A stretch of DNA of 64,000 nucleotides from a bacterium (GTDB lineage Bacteria; Auribacterota; UBA3054). Made by a program: the position numbers and the translations under genes. The stretch is taken from positions 148,620 through 212,619 of the forward strand of contig JAFYXV010000007.1 in NCBI GenBank assembly GCA_017557885.1, read 5' to 3'. Positions 21,704-30,481 of the stretch are shown in pieces; position 1 is the stretch's first letter; each line of letters opens with the position of its first letter. Under the pieces are notes generated by a model. That model saw nothing but the letters and a program-made list of their open reading frames with translations. It was not told the DNA's origin and ran no database searches.

Positions 21704-23107
21704 CTATTGGTTTTTTAACATCTCATGAGCCAGGCCGGAGAGAGCTCCGGCGCCAGTAAAAAGCAGGGTGTGGGGGAAATTCCAGCTTGCGCTTCTCTTG
21801 AGAAGAAGCGCGGGTATCTCGGCGGGCGTGTTGACATACTCCGCCTGTCCGCCCATATTCAGGACGGCTTCGTAAAGTTCTCTGCCTCCTATCAGGTTTT
21901 TGCTTTCCCCGGCGCTGTAAACGTCCGTCAGTATAAGGTTGGGCGCTTTCGAAAGAACGCGGGCGAATTCCGGAAGCAGCTTTTCCGTGCGGGAAAAGCG
22001 GTGGGGCTGAAAGACCACCGTCAGCTCGCCCTCCAAACGGGAGGCGGAAATAAGGAGCGCCTCTATTTCCCTGGGATGGTGGGCGTAGTCGTCGATTATT
22101 TCCGCACCGTGCCATTTGCCAAGGCGCTCGAAGCGTCTGTGGGCGTTTTTGAAAACGGCGAGAGAATCCCTCAGCAATTCGGGATCGACTCCGGCGGAAG
22201 CGGCCGCAGCCAGGGAAACGACGGCGTTGAAAACGTTGTGGCGTCCCGGAAGCGGGCAGACGAAGGGCAGGCTCTTTTCCTCGCCGCCGTTTTTGCAAAG
22301 CAGCGAAAAGGCGGAGGAAAGAGAGGAGAGAAGGATGTCGGTTCCGGCGTAGTCGGCGTTTTCCTGAGCCAGCACGCCTATGCCGCACTTGATCTTTGTG
22401 ACGTCGGGCCTGGCGCCCGCCGCCAGCTCGGCGCAGACAGGATCTTCCGCATTGTATATGAGGGTCCCGTTTTTCACGATGTTTCCCACATAGACGGCGA
22501 AGGCTTCCTTGATGGCGTTCATGTCCTTGTAGTAGTCAAGATGGTCGGCGTCCACGTTCAAAAGCACCGCGATATCCGAAGAATAACGTTTGAAAGAGCC
22601 GTCGCTCTCGTCCGCCTCCAGCACCAGATAATTTCCTTTGCCCACCGTGAAATTACCCCGGAAGGCCGGAACGTATCCGCCTATGATGGCGTTCGGATCA
22701 AGGCCTCCGTCCTTCAGAAGGCAGGCGATCAGGGAGGAGACGGTGGTCTTGCCGTGGGCTCCCGCCACCGTGACGGCCTTGTAACGCCTGGCGATCTGGG
22801 CCAGCAGTTCCGAGCGGTGCAGGAAGGAAAGCCCCAGCTTTTTGGCCTGCAGAAGGTCGGGGTTGTCCTCGTGGATGGCGCTGCTGTAAACGAAGACGTC
22901 GCAGCCCTCGACCAGGGAGCCGTCCTGTCTGGCGGCGCACTCTATGCCGTCTTTTCTCAGGTCCTCAAGTTCCTCGGACTCCTTGATGTCGCTGCCGATG
23001 ACCTTGTAGCCCGCCCTGGCCATGAAGTGGGCCAGAGGGTTCATGCCGCAGCCGCCGATGCCGCAGAAATAAAATCTTAAGTTTTTAACGTCTTCTATGT
23101 TTGTCAT
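21704..23107 (-). CDS. murC: UDP-N-acetylmuramate--L-alanine ligase
   Basis: GIGGCGM, GSD, AGAHGKTT, EADESD, DHLD, DDYAHHPRE, FQPHRFSRT. Confidence 0.95.
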   Translation of the reverse strand: MTNIEDVKNLRFYFCGIGGCGMNPLAHFMARAGYKVIGSDIKESEELEDLRKDGIECAARQDGSLVEGCDVFVYSSAIHEDNPDLLQAKKLGLSFLHRSELLAQIARRYKAVTVAGAHGKTTVSSLIACLLKDGGLDPNAIIGGYVPAFRGNFTVGKGNYLVLEADESDGSFKRYSSDIAVLLNVDADHLDYYKDMNAIKEAFAVYVGNIVKNGTLIYNAEDPVCAELAAGARPDVTKIKCGIGVLAQENADYAGTDILLSSLSSAFSLLCKNGGEEKSLPFVCPLPGRHNVFNAVVSLAAAASAGVDPELLRDSLAVFKNAHRRFERLGKWHGAEIIDDYAHHPREIEALLISASRLEGELTVVFQPHRFSRTEKLLPEFARVLSKAPNLILTDVYSAGESKNLIGGRELYEAVLNMGGQAEYVNTPAEIPALLLKRSASWNFPHTLLFTGAGALSGLAHEMLKNQ

Positions 23108-24219
23108 TGCGCAATGATGAAATCAAGCAGTTCTTTGGAGGCGTTTCCTTTGGCCAGCGACCGTCCCGCCTCCGACATGGCGGAGAGGAGTATCCGGTCT
23201 TCCAAAAGTTTCGTGAGCTCCTCCCTGAGCGTTTCGGCGTTGAGGTCCGCTTCCCGGCATATCCGGGCGGCTCCCGCTTCTTCCAGGACGCGTGCGTTGG
23301 CCATCTGGTGGTCGTCCGCAGCCGTTGGCAGGGGAATGAGGATGGCCGGCAGCCCGGTGGCGCAGATCTCGGTTATGGAGAGGGCGCCGGAGCGGGCGAC
23401 GCAGAGCGTGGACGCCCGCATCAGGGAAGCCATTTCCTCGAAGAAGGGGAAGATCCAGAAACGCAGTCCGGAGACGGCGTAGATGTTCTGCAACAGCACC
23501 TGGTCGTTCCCGCCGCAGATATGGACGACCTGCAGCCTGGGGAAGCGGCTCTTCAGTTTCGGCAGCGCCTCGGAGCAGAGAAGGTTGATCCTGTGGGCGC
23601 CCTGGGAGCCTCCGAAGATCAGAAGCAGGGGTTCGTTTTCCGAAAAGCCGGGAAGCTGTTTCGAAACGTCCGCGGGAGGAAGGCGGAAGGCTTTCCTCAA
23701 GGGATTTCCCGTGACGGCGAAGGAGTCTTCTTTTTTAAGGGAGGCTTTAAGTTTTTTCATCAGGGGATGCTCGGAGGGAAGCCCGCAGGCCACCCTGACC
23801 CCCAGCTTGGCCATCGTCCTGGTGACGCGGCCCGGAATGGCGTTGGATTCGTGGATGACGGCGTTTTTCCTCAGAAGGACGGAAGAGCAGAGCAGCGCTC
23901 CGCTGGTGTATCCGCCGAAGACCGCCACGGCGTTCGGCCTCAAAAACAAAAGCAAAAGAAAACTTTTGCAAAAGCCCGCGATGTTTATGAATAGATTCCT
24001 GATCATCCTGAAGCCTCTGCCCCTGGGGGCCGAGGGCACGGAATAAAAGTCAAGGCCGTATTTTTTGGCGATCTCCTCCTCCATGGAACGCTTTCTTCCT
24101 GCGAAATAGATCTTCGCTTCGGGATAGGTCTCCCTTATCTCCTCGCACAGCGCCACCGCCGGCATGATGTGTCCGCCGGTCCCGCCTCCGCTCACCAGTA
24201 TTCTTTTCAGTTCTTTCAT
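23104..24219 (-). CDS. murG: undecaprenyl-PP-MurNAc-pentapeptide GlcNAc transferase
   Basis: GGGTGGHI, FGGY, HESNAIPG, TGNPLR, GGSQGA, RSGA, HQMANA. Start moved to 24219 (ATGA overlap with ftsW). Confidence 0.95.
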   Translation of the reverse strand: MKELKRILVSGGGTGGHIMPAVALCEEIRETYPEAKIYFAGRKRSMEEEIAKKYGLDFYSVPSAPRGRGFRMIRNLFINIAGFCKSFLLLLFLRPNAVAVFGGYTSGALLCSSVLLRKNAVIHESNAIPGRVTRTMAKLGVRVACGLPSEHPLMKKLKASLKKEDSFAVTGNPLRKAFRLPPADVSKQLPGFSENEPLLLIFGGSQGAHRINLLCSEALPKLKSRFPRLQVVHICGGNDQVLLQNIYAVSGLRFWIFPFFEEMASLMRASTLCVARSGALSITEICATGLPAILIPLPTAADDHQMANARVLEEAGAARICREADLNAETLREELTKLLEDRILLSAMSEAGRSLAKGNASKELLDFIIAQ

Positions 24220-25361
24220 CTGGCGAGGGTGCGGCTGACTACGCTGTGATGGCGGGTTTGCGGCTTCAGTCCGTTCTTGGCCATATTCAAGAACAGGCCG
24301 CAGGCTCCCAAGAGGAAGAGCAGCGAGGATCCGCCGTAGCTGATGAAGGGAAGTCCCATGCCTTTGTTGGGAAGTATATCCGCTACGACGCCGATGTTGA
24401 TGAAAGCCTGGCAGCCTATGACCAGCGTGATGCCGGCGGCGGTGAGCCGGCAGAAGTTGTCGGTCATGCCGGAGATCATCCGCCACATTAAAAGGACGAG
24501 GAGGATGAAGGCGCAGATGACTCCCGCGGTGCCGCAGAAGCCCAGCTCTTCCCCGATGACGGCGAAGATGAAGTCGGTGTGAGCCTCTGGCAGGTACTCC
24601 ATTTTCATGAGCGATTCGCCGATGCCGAGCCCGGTCAGCTTGCCGGAGCAGATGGCCATCAGGGCCTGCAGGTTCTGGTATCCCGTTCCCAGCGGATCGG
24701 CCGCGGGGTTCAGGAAGGACAGAAGCCTTTTGACGCGGTAGGCTTCATGGGAAATGTAGTAATACGCCGGGATCAGGGACAGCAGGAAGCCGACGAGCAG
24801 GTAGCGGATCTTCATGCCTGCCAGGAAGCAGACGGCTCCTCCCACCAGGGCGATCAGCGCGGGGGTTCCGAGGTCTTTGCCGGCCAATGCCAGGACAAGG
24901 CCTATCCCCATGATGACGGCGGGGCACAAGGCGCCTTTGATGAAGGTCCCGGCCTCCCTGGTCTCACGGTCATACCACCAGGCCAGCACCAATATCATGC
25001 TGAATTTCAGCGCTTCGGTGGGCTGGAAACGCATGAAGCCAAGGTTGATCCAGCGCCTGGCGCCGTTGACCGTGACGCCCAGGGGGGAGAATACCAGAAT
25101 GAGGGAAAGAAGGGCGATAAGATAAAGCAGCGGAGCGAGGCGCCTGACCCATTCCAGGCGGACGCGGTACATGACATACATCGCGACGAAGCCCAAGACG
25201 AGCCACATCACCTCTTTCTTGAAGAAATAGTACTGGTTTCCGGAGTACTTGTGCTCGGCCACGAAAACGCTGGAGGAATAGACCATCAGCGCTCCGAAGC
25301 AGCAGAGAGCTATCACAAGGCAGAGAAACAGCCAGGGAAGTATGTTGTCAAGCTTTTTCAC
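24216..25361 (-). CDS. ftsW: SEDS peptidoglycan polymerase FtsW
   Basis: MVYSSS, NGARRW, FQPTE..K, GYQ..Q, LPEAHTDFIF..IGEELG, KGMGLPFISYGGSS. Confidence 0.95.
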   Translation of the reverse strand: MKKLDNILPWLFLCLVIALCCFGALMVYSSSVFVAEHKYSGNQYYFFKKEVMWLVLGFVAMYVMYRVRLEWVRRLAPLLYLIALLSLILVFSPLGVTVNGARRWINLGFMRFQPTEALKFSMILVLAWWYDRETREAGTFIKGALCPAVIMGIGLVLALAGKDLGTPALIALVGGAVCFLAGMKIRYLLVGFLLSLIPAYYYISHEAYRVKRLLSFLNPAADPLGTGYQNLQALMAICSGKLTGLGIGESLMKMEYLPEAHTDFIFAVIGEELGFCGTAGVICAFILLVLLMWRMISGMTDNFCRLTAAGITLVIGCQAFINIGVVADILPNKGMGLPFISYGGSSLLFLLGACGLFLNMAKNGLKPQTRHHSVVSRTLAR

Positions 25362-25382
25362 TTTCGCCCTTCGGCAATGATT

Positions 25383-26405
25383 TTATCTGGCGGGGACTTT
25401 GATAACCTGGCCGATCTGCAGCTTGTCGCTGGAGGCGTTGTTCATGGACATCAGTTCCTCCACGGAGGAATTGAAACGCCTGGCAAGTTTCCAATAGCTG
25501 TCGCCGGCCTGCACGGTGTAGGACTGGACGCCGGTGGGGGCGCTTTGGGTCTGGGGGGCGCTCTCGGGCGCGGTCACTACGGAAGATATGCTGGGGGAGA
25601 CAGGGGCGGTCGCCGGAGCGCTGGTGACGGCGGAAGTTTCGGAACTGCCGGCTCCGGGGATCTTGAGGACCTGTCCGACCTTCAGCAAAGAGGTGCGGGA
25701 AATGCCGTTGGCTTCGCAGATGTCGCTGACCTTGAGGCCGTATTTTTTGGCGATCTTGATCAGGTTGTCGCCGGCCTGGACGGTGTAGGTGTTGCCGCTC
25801 GTCACAACGCTGGTCTCAGCATATCCGGAGGAAGAGGAAGTCCCGGAGTTGCCCTGGTAAAGATAGCCGGAGTTGGGGGCGGTCACCACGGTGGTCTCGG
25901 TGGCGGGCTTGGGCTGCAGAGTGCTCTTCGTTTCGGTCTGGCTTACGGGAGCGGTGCCGACGCCCGAGAAGCCGTCGCCGGAGGAAACGTTCGTATCGCC
26001 GGTGGGAGGAGGCAAAACGGAAATGGTCTCGCGGTCCGTCAAAGGTTCCAGAGTCTTGTCGGTGTTGGGGCCCCACACGGAAACGTTGCCGGAGGGCACG
26101 GTATACTGGTCGTTGATGCCCGCCTCGTCCTGATAGAGCGAATCGTCGTTCTGCACTCTCAAAGGCTTCTGCATCTCCACGCTGTCAACGTAGGTGACCT
26201 GGGCCGGAGTGGACTCGGGATAACTGTCGATGTCCTGGTAGGACGTGCCGATGGTGTTGAGGTCTTTCTCAACCAAGGCTTCGATGGTGTCCGGAGAAGT
26301 CAGCTCCAGAGTGACGTCGGTGCGGGGTTCGCTTTTGGCGCACCCGAAGAAGGCTATGCCCACGAGACTGACCGTGAACAGGAAGATAAGGAATGATTTG
26401 TTCAT
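25383..26405 (-). CDS. LysM-domain probable lipoprotein (2x LysM, Ser/Thr/Pro-rich linker)
   Basis: Lipobox-like FFGC; YTVQAGDNLIKIAKKYG and YTVQAGDSYWKLARRFN. Confidence 0.88.
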   Translation of the reverse strand: MNKSFLIFLFTVSLVGIAFFGCAKSEPRTDVTLELTSPDTIEALVEKDLNTIGTSYQDIDSYPESTPAQVTYVDSVEMQKPLRVQNDDSLYQDEAGINDQYTVPSGNVSVWGPNTDKTLEPLTDRETISVLPPPTGDTNVSSGDGFSGVGTAPVSQTETKSTLQPKPATETTVVTAPNSGYLYQGNSGTSSSSGYAETSVVTSGNTYTVQAGDNLIKIAKKYGLKVSDICEANGISRTSLLKVGQVLKIPGAGSSETSAVTSAPATAPVSPSISSVVTAPESAPQTQSAPTGVQSYTVQAGDSYWKLARRFNSSVEELMSMNNASSDKLQIGQVIKVPAR

Positions 26406-26436
26406 ATGGCTCTCCTCTCTTTTTGAGGTTGGTTAA

Positions 26437-27828
26437 TCACTTGGTTAGGTCTTGGGAAAGTTTTCGTGACAGCTCCGCAAAGTCGTCGCCCCTTTCCTCG
26501 TAATTTTTATACATGTCGAAGGAAGCGCAGGCCGGCGAGAGCAGTACGGTGCCTCCCTCCTTCATAAGTTCGTATCCTTTCTGAACGGCGTCCTTCATGG
26601 TCTTGGCCTGGACGGTGGGGAATTCGCCGCCGAAGATCATCTGGAATTTCTCTGTGGTGGCGCCCAAAAGGATGACATGGGAAACCTTGCCCTTCATGTA
26701 GGGAATGAGCATTCCGTAGTCGCTGCCTTTGTCGTAGCCTCCCAGGATCAGGGCTTCCGGGTACTCGAAGGCCATGACGGCTTCCACCGTGGCCTCCGGG
26801 TTGGTGCCCTTGGAGTCGTCCACGAAAACGGTGTCGTTGATCCTGGCCACGGTCTCTATCCTGTGGCTCAGGCCCTTGAAAGTCATGCAGGCTTCCCTGA
26901 TGGTGTTTTCATCGACGCCCAGGACTTTCGCAGCGGCCATGGCGCAAAGGAGGTTGATGTGGTTGTGCCGGCCCTTCAGGAGCATGTCCTTGGGGGCGCC
27001 GCAGGAGCATTCCTCTCCGCCCAGCGTGAGGGTGAAGCGGCCGTCCTTCAGAACGGCGCGGTCGGAAGCTTTTATCTCCTCGTCTTCGCCGGTCTCGTCC
27101 ACCCAGACGGGGCGGAGCTTGAAAGCGGAGATGAGGTTCTGCTCGTTTTTCTTTTCCTGGTGCCAGACGATGGCCGTGGAGCCCGGTTTCTGATGGCGGA
27201 AGATGTTTTCCTTGGCGGAGCGGTATGCTTCGATGTTCTGGTAACGGTCCAGATGGTCCGGCGTGAGGTTGAGCCAAACGGAAACGGCGGGGGAGAACTC
27301 CTTGATGGTCTCCAGCTGGAAGGAGCTCATCTCAAGGACCAGGATATGCTCGTCGGTGGTCTCCAGGGCGTATTCGCTCAGCGGCACGCCGATGTTGCCG
27401 GCGGTGACGTGGGGGATCTTGGCAACGTCCAGGATGTGAGACACAAGGGACGTCGTGGTGGTCTTGCCGTTGGTGCCGGTGATGGCGACGATCCTGCCCT
27501 TGCAGTATCTGACGGCGAACTCCACTTCGCCCACCGCTTCGATGCCCATTTCCTGGGCCCACTGGACAGCTTCGTTGTCCTCGGATACGCCGGGGCTCAG
27601 AACCAGTATGTCGGCTCCTTCCAGGAAAGTCCTGGAATGGCGGCCTATCTCAACATAGGCGCCCTGGGAGCGCAGCTGCTTTGCTTTTTCCAACATGGCG
27701 GAGGAGGGTTCCACCGTCCGCCCGTGGCTGAGGCAGTTGTCGCTTACGCTGACTTCAAAACCAAGCTTCAAAGCAAGGTTTGCCGCGGCCAGGCCGCTTT
27801 TCGCTAATCCCATTATCGCTACGCGCAT
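26437..27828 (-). CDS. murD: UDP-N-acetylmuramoyl-L-alanine--D-glutamate ligase
   Basis: GLAKSG, SPGV, ITGTNGKTTT, GNIG, EMSSFQL, DHLDRY, DDSKGTN, LSPACASFD. Confidence 0.95.
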   Translation of the reverse strand: MRVAIMGLAKSGLAAANLALKLGFEVSVSDNCLSHGRTVEPSSAMLEKAKQLRSQGAYVEIGRHSRTFLEGADILVLSPGVSEDNEAVQWAQEMGIEAVGEVEFAVRYCKGRIVAITGTNGKTTTTSLVSHILDVAKIPHVTAGNIGVPLSEYALETTDEHILVLEMSSFQLETIKEFSPAVSVWLNLTPDHLDRYQNIEAYRSAKENIFRHQKPGSTAIVWHQEKKNEQNLISAFKLRPVWVDETGEDEEIKASDRAVLKDGRFTLTLGGEECSCGAPKDMLLKGRHNHINLLCAMAAAKVLGVDENTIREACMTFKGLSHRIETVARINDTVFVDDSKGTNPEATVEAVMAFEYPEALILGGYDKGSDYGMLIPYMKGKVSHVILLGATTEKFQMIFGGEFPTVQAKTMKDAVQKGYELMKEGGTVLLSPACASFDMYKNYEERGDDFAELSRKLSQDLTK

Positions 27829-27832
27829 AGTG

Positions 27833-28924
27833 TCACTGAAGTTTCAAGGTTGCCAGGCCGATGATGGCGAAGATGAGGGCCAGGATCAGGAAACGCGCGG
27901 TCACCCTTGTCTCCGGCCATCCTTGTATCTCGAAATGATGGTGTATGGGGGCCATGCGGAAGATCCTTTTGTGGCGGACTTTGAAAGAGGCCACCTGAAG
28001 GATGTCCGAGAAGGCTTCCATCACGAAGATGAAACCGATTATGAGAAGCAGCACTTCCTTGCGGACCAAAAGCGCCGTGATGCCGATGGCGCCGCCCAGG
28101 GCCAGGCTGCCCGTGTCGCCCATGAAGACCATGGCGGGATGGGCGTTGTACCAGAGGAAGCCCAAACCGGCGCCGCCGATGGCGGCCAAAAAGACCGTCA
28201 GTTCCGCGGCCTCCCTGGCGTAATAGATGTTCAGATAGTTGGCGATGGTGACGTTGCCGGCGCAGTAGGCCAGGATAAGGTAGCTCATGGCGGCGATGGT
28301 CACCGTGCCGATGGCAAGCCCGTCAAGTCCGTCTGTCAGGTTGACGGCGTTGGAAGTGCCGACGATCACAAGCACGGCCAGGATGATGTAGTAATATCCG
28401 AGATTCTCAATAACGGGGTTTTTCAGGAAGGGCACGTAGAAGGGGAAAGAGTCCTTGCTGAAGAATATCAGTATCAGCGCGGCCGCGAGCGCCACCGCGG
28501 ACTGGACCACCAGCTTGGTCTTGCCGGAAATGCCGGCGGCGTTTTTCTGCTTGACCTTGGTGTAGTCGTCCGCAAAGCCCAGGAGGCCTAGCGACAGAAA
28601 GACGCCCAGCGCCAGGAAGGTGTAGAGGGAGAACTGGGCCCAGAGAAGCGTGGAGACGCAGACCGACAGAATGATCAGAAGACCGCCCATGGTGGGAACG
28701 CCTTCCTTGTTCTTGTGCAGAAGATGCAGCGGGGGACACTCGTCGCGCCTGATCTCCTGGCCGATCTTCATCATGTAGAGCCAGCGGATCATGACCGGGG
28801 CCAGAATGAGGCTGATGAGAAGCGAAGTTATGGCTGCGCCGGCGGAGCGGACAGAGATGTACTTGAAGACGTGGAAGACGGAAACGCTTTCCGAAAGCCA
28901 GCCAAAAAAGATGTAGTAAAACAT
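27833..28924 (-). CDS. mraY: phospho-N-acetylmuramoyl-pentapeptide transferase
   Basis: PTMGG, GFADDY, SNAVNLTDGLDGLA, VFMGDTGS, APIHHHFE. Start moved to ATG 28924 behind AGGGGG. Confidence 0.95.
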   Translation of the reverse strand: MFYYIFFGWLSESVSVFHVFKYISVRSAGAAITSLLISLILAPVMIRWLYMMKIGQEIRRDECPPLHLLHKNKEGVPTMGGLLIILSVCVSTLLWAQFSLYTFLALGVFLSLGLLGFADDYTKVKQKNAAGISGKTKLVVQSAVALAAALILIFFSKDSFPFYVPFLKNPVIENLGYYYIILAVLVIVGTSNAVNLTDGLDGLAIGTVTIAAMSYLILAYCAGNVTIANYLNIYYAREAAELTVFLAAIGGAGLGFLWYNAHPAMVFMGDTGSLALGGAIGITALLVRKEVLLLIIGFIFVMEAFSDILQVASFKVRHKRIFRMAPIHHHFEIQGWPETRVTARFLILALIFAIIGLATLKLQ

Positions 28925-28925
28925 T

Positions 28926-29120
28926 TTACCCCCTGTTATTTTTAAAATTTGTCGGCAGGACGTTGCGGACAGCGGTAAAGAATACCGCCGCCCGCAACCG
29001 GAATGCGGATGTAGAGACGGCGCTCTCTTTGGTGTGTGTGTTCGTGTATGGGGAAGGGAAAAGCGTTCCGCCAATCACCGCACACATTCCGTTCCTGCTT
29101 TTAATGTCTATGTTCATCAC
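28926..29120 (-). CDS. putative 64-aa small ORF/leader peptide filling the murF-mraY gap
   Basis: Starts 2 nt after the murF stop and ends 1 nt before the mraY ATG; no recognisable domain and atypical composition. Confidence 0.35.
   Translation of the reverse strand: MMNIDIKSRNGMCAVIGGTLFPSPYTNTHTKESAVSTSAFRLRAAVFFTAVRNVLPTNFKNNRG
28955..29098 (-). ncRNA. putative structured cis-regulatory RNA (three-way junction), unknown family
   Basis: On the minus strand: P1 GCAGGA/TCCTGC, P2 CGGAATGTG/CGCATTCCG, and P3 16-bp hairpin GTTGCGGGCGGCGGTA-TTCTT-TACCGCTGTCCGCAAC. The three non-Watson-Crick pairs are G-U only on the mRNA strand. Confidence 0.55.
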
Positions 29121-29122
29121 GT

Positions 29123-30481
29123 TTATTTTTCCAATGCGAAAAAGTAGTCTTCCAGTTTGTTGGCCCGGGAGCCTTTGAAAAGCACCAGGTCGTCTTTCTT
29201 TATGTATTCCGCCAGTTTTTCCGCGGCGTCGTCGATCTGGCAGACCTCAACGAAGCAGCCTTTGCCCGCGGCTTTGGCGCCCGCGAGATAATGCTCCGCG
29301 TTCTCTCCTATGACGAAGAGGGCGTCCAGGAATTCGCCGGCTTTTTCGCCGGCGGCGTAGTGGGCTTCCCTGGCTTTTTCGCCTATTTCCAGCATGTCTC
29401 CGAGGAAAGCGATCTTCCTTCCTTCGCAGGGCATATCCTTCAGCATGCCAAGGGAAGCGGAGAGAGAATCAGGATTGGCGTTGTAGCAGTCAAGGATGAA
29501 GGTCGCGCCCAGGGCCCTGTGGATCTCGTTGCGCAGCCTTTCTCCCTGCACGCTCTCCAAGCCTTTTTTCAAATTTTCCAAAGGAATATCCGGGATGAGG
29601 GCGAGGGAACCGGCGGCTGCCGCCGCAATGTTGAGGGCGTTGTAGCCGCCCAGCACCGGCACGGTCATTTCCGCTTTGCCTGCGGGAGTTGTCAATTCTC
29701 CCCTAAGGCCTTCGCCGGATTCTTTTGTGATCCTGAACTCCACGTCGCCGCCTTTTCCGAAGCTGATGACTTCCAGGCCCAAATGTTTCGCCATGCCGGA
29801 AAGCTTTTCAAAGAAATCGCACTCGAAGGGCAGGGCCACCCGGCCGCAGGGAGGCACGCCCCGGAAGATCTCGCCCTTGGCTTCCGCGATGTTTTCCCGG
29901 GAGCCAAGGAACTCTATGTGGGCGCTGCCGATGTTGGTGATGACGGCGGCTTCCGGCCTGGCCAGGCGGCTCAAGGCCAGGATCTCGCCCTTGTGGTTCA
30001 TGCCCATCTCCACCACGGCGCAGGAATATTCCTCGCCGAGGCGCAGGAGCGTCAGAGGCAGCCCGATCTCGTTGTTCAGATTTCCTTTGGTCACCAATGT
30101 CTCGCCAAGTGTCCCCAGGATGGAGCCCAGCATGTTCTTGGTGGTGGTCTTGCCGCAGGAGCCTGTCACCGCCACCATGGGTATCTGGACCCTGGCTCTC
30201 TGGTAAGCCGCCAGGTCCTGGAGGGCCTTGACGGTGTCCACAACCCTGTAGCAGGGGAGGAGGCCGCACTCGCAGCTCAGAACGCAGGCCCTGGCGCCTT
30301 TCTCCGCGGCTTTGGCGGCTATTTCCAATTTGTCGCCGCCCTTCAAGCCCACGAAGAGATCTCCTTCTTTCAGTATCCTTGTGTCAACGCACACCTCCAT
30401 GGCCTCCGTCGGCGGGATACCCTGAAATTCGAAGCCCTGGCCCAGCGCTTCCTCTATGTCCTTGTGAGTGAACTTACGCAT
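29123..30481 (-). CDS. murF: UDP-N-acetylmuramoyl-tripeptide--D-alanyl-D-alanine ligase
   Basis: DTR, VTGSCGKTTTK, GNLNNEIGLP, EMGMNH.GEI, DCYNANP, GDMLE, KGSR. Confidence 0.95.
   Translation of the reverse strand: MRKFTHKDIEEALGQGFEFQGIPPTEAMEVCVDTRILKEGDLFVGLKGGDKLEIAAKAAEKGARACVLSCECGLLPCYRVVDTVKALQDLAAYQRARVQIPMVAVTGSCGKTTTKNMLGSILGTLGETLVTKGNLNNEIGLPLTLLRLGEEYSCAVVEMGMNHKGEILALSRLARPEAAVITNIGSAHIEFLGSRENIAEAKGEIFRGVPPCGRVALPFECDFFEKLSGMAKHLGLEVISFGKGGDVEFRITKESGEGLRGELTTPAGKAEMTVPVLGGYNALNIAAAAAGSLALIPDIPLENLKKGLESVQGERLRNEIHRALGATFILDCYNANPDSLSASLGMLKDMPCEGRKIAFLGDMLEIGEKAREAHYAAGEKAGEFLDALFVIGENAEHYLAGAKAAGKGCFVEVCQIDDAAEKLAEYIKKDDLVLFKGSRANKLEDYFFALEK

Noticed and set aside
24579-26396. 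605-aa plus-strand ORF antisense to ftsW and the LysM gene
   Set aside because: Shadow frame of GC3-biased genes; no motifs, and it fully overlaps clearly identified genes.
28955-29098. Known ribozyme or housekeeping RNA (hammerhead, glmS, SRP, tRNA) for the murF-mraY element
   Set aside because: No CUGANGA/GAAA core; AGCGCC is not followed by the glmS GACGAGG segment; no SRP domain IV motif; no cloverleaf or T-loop.
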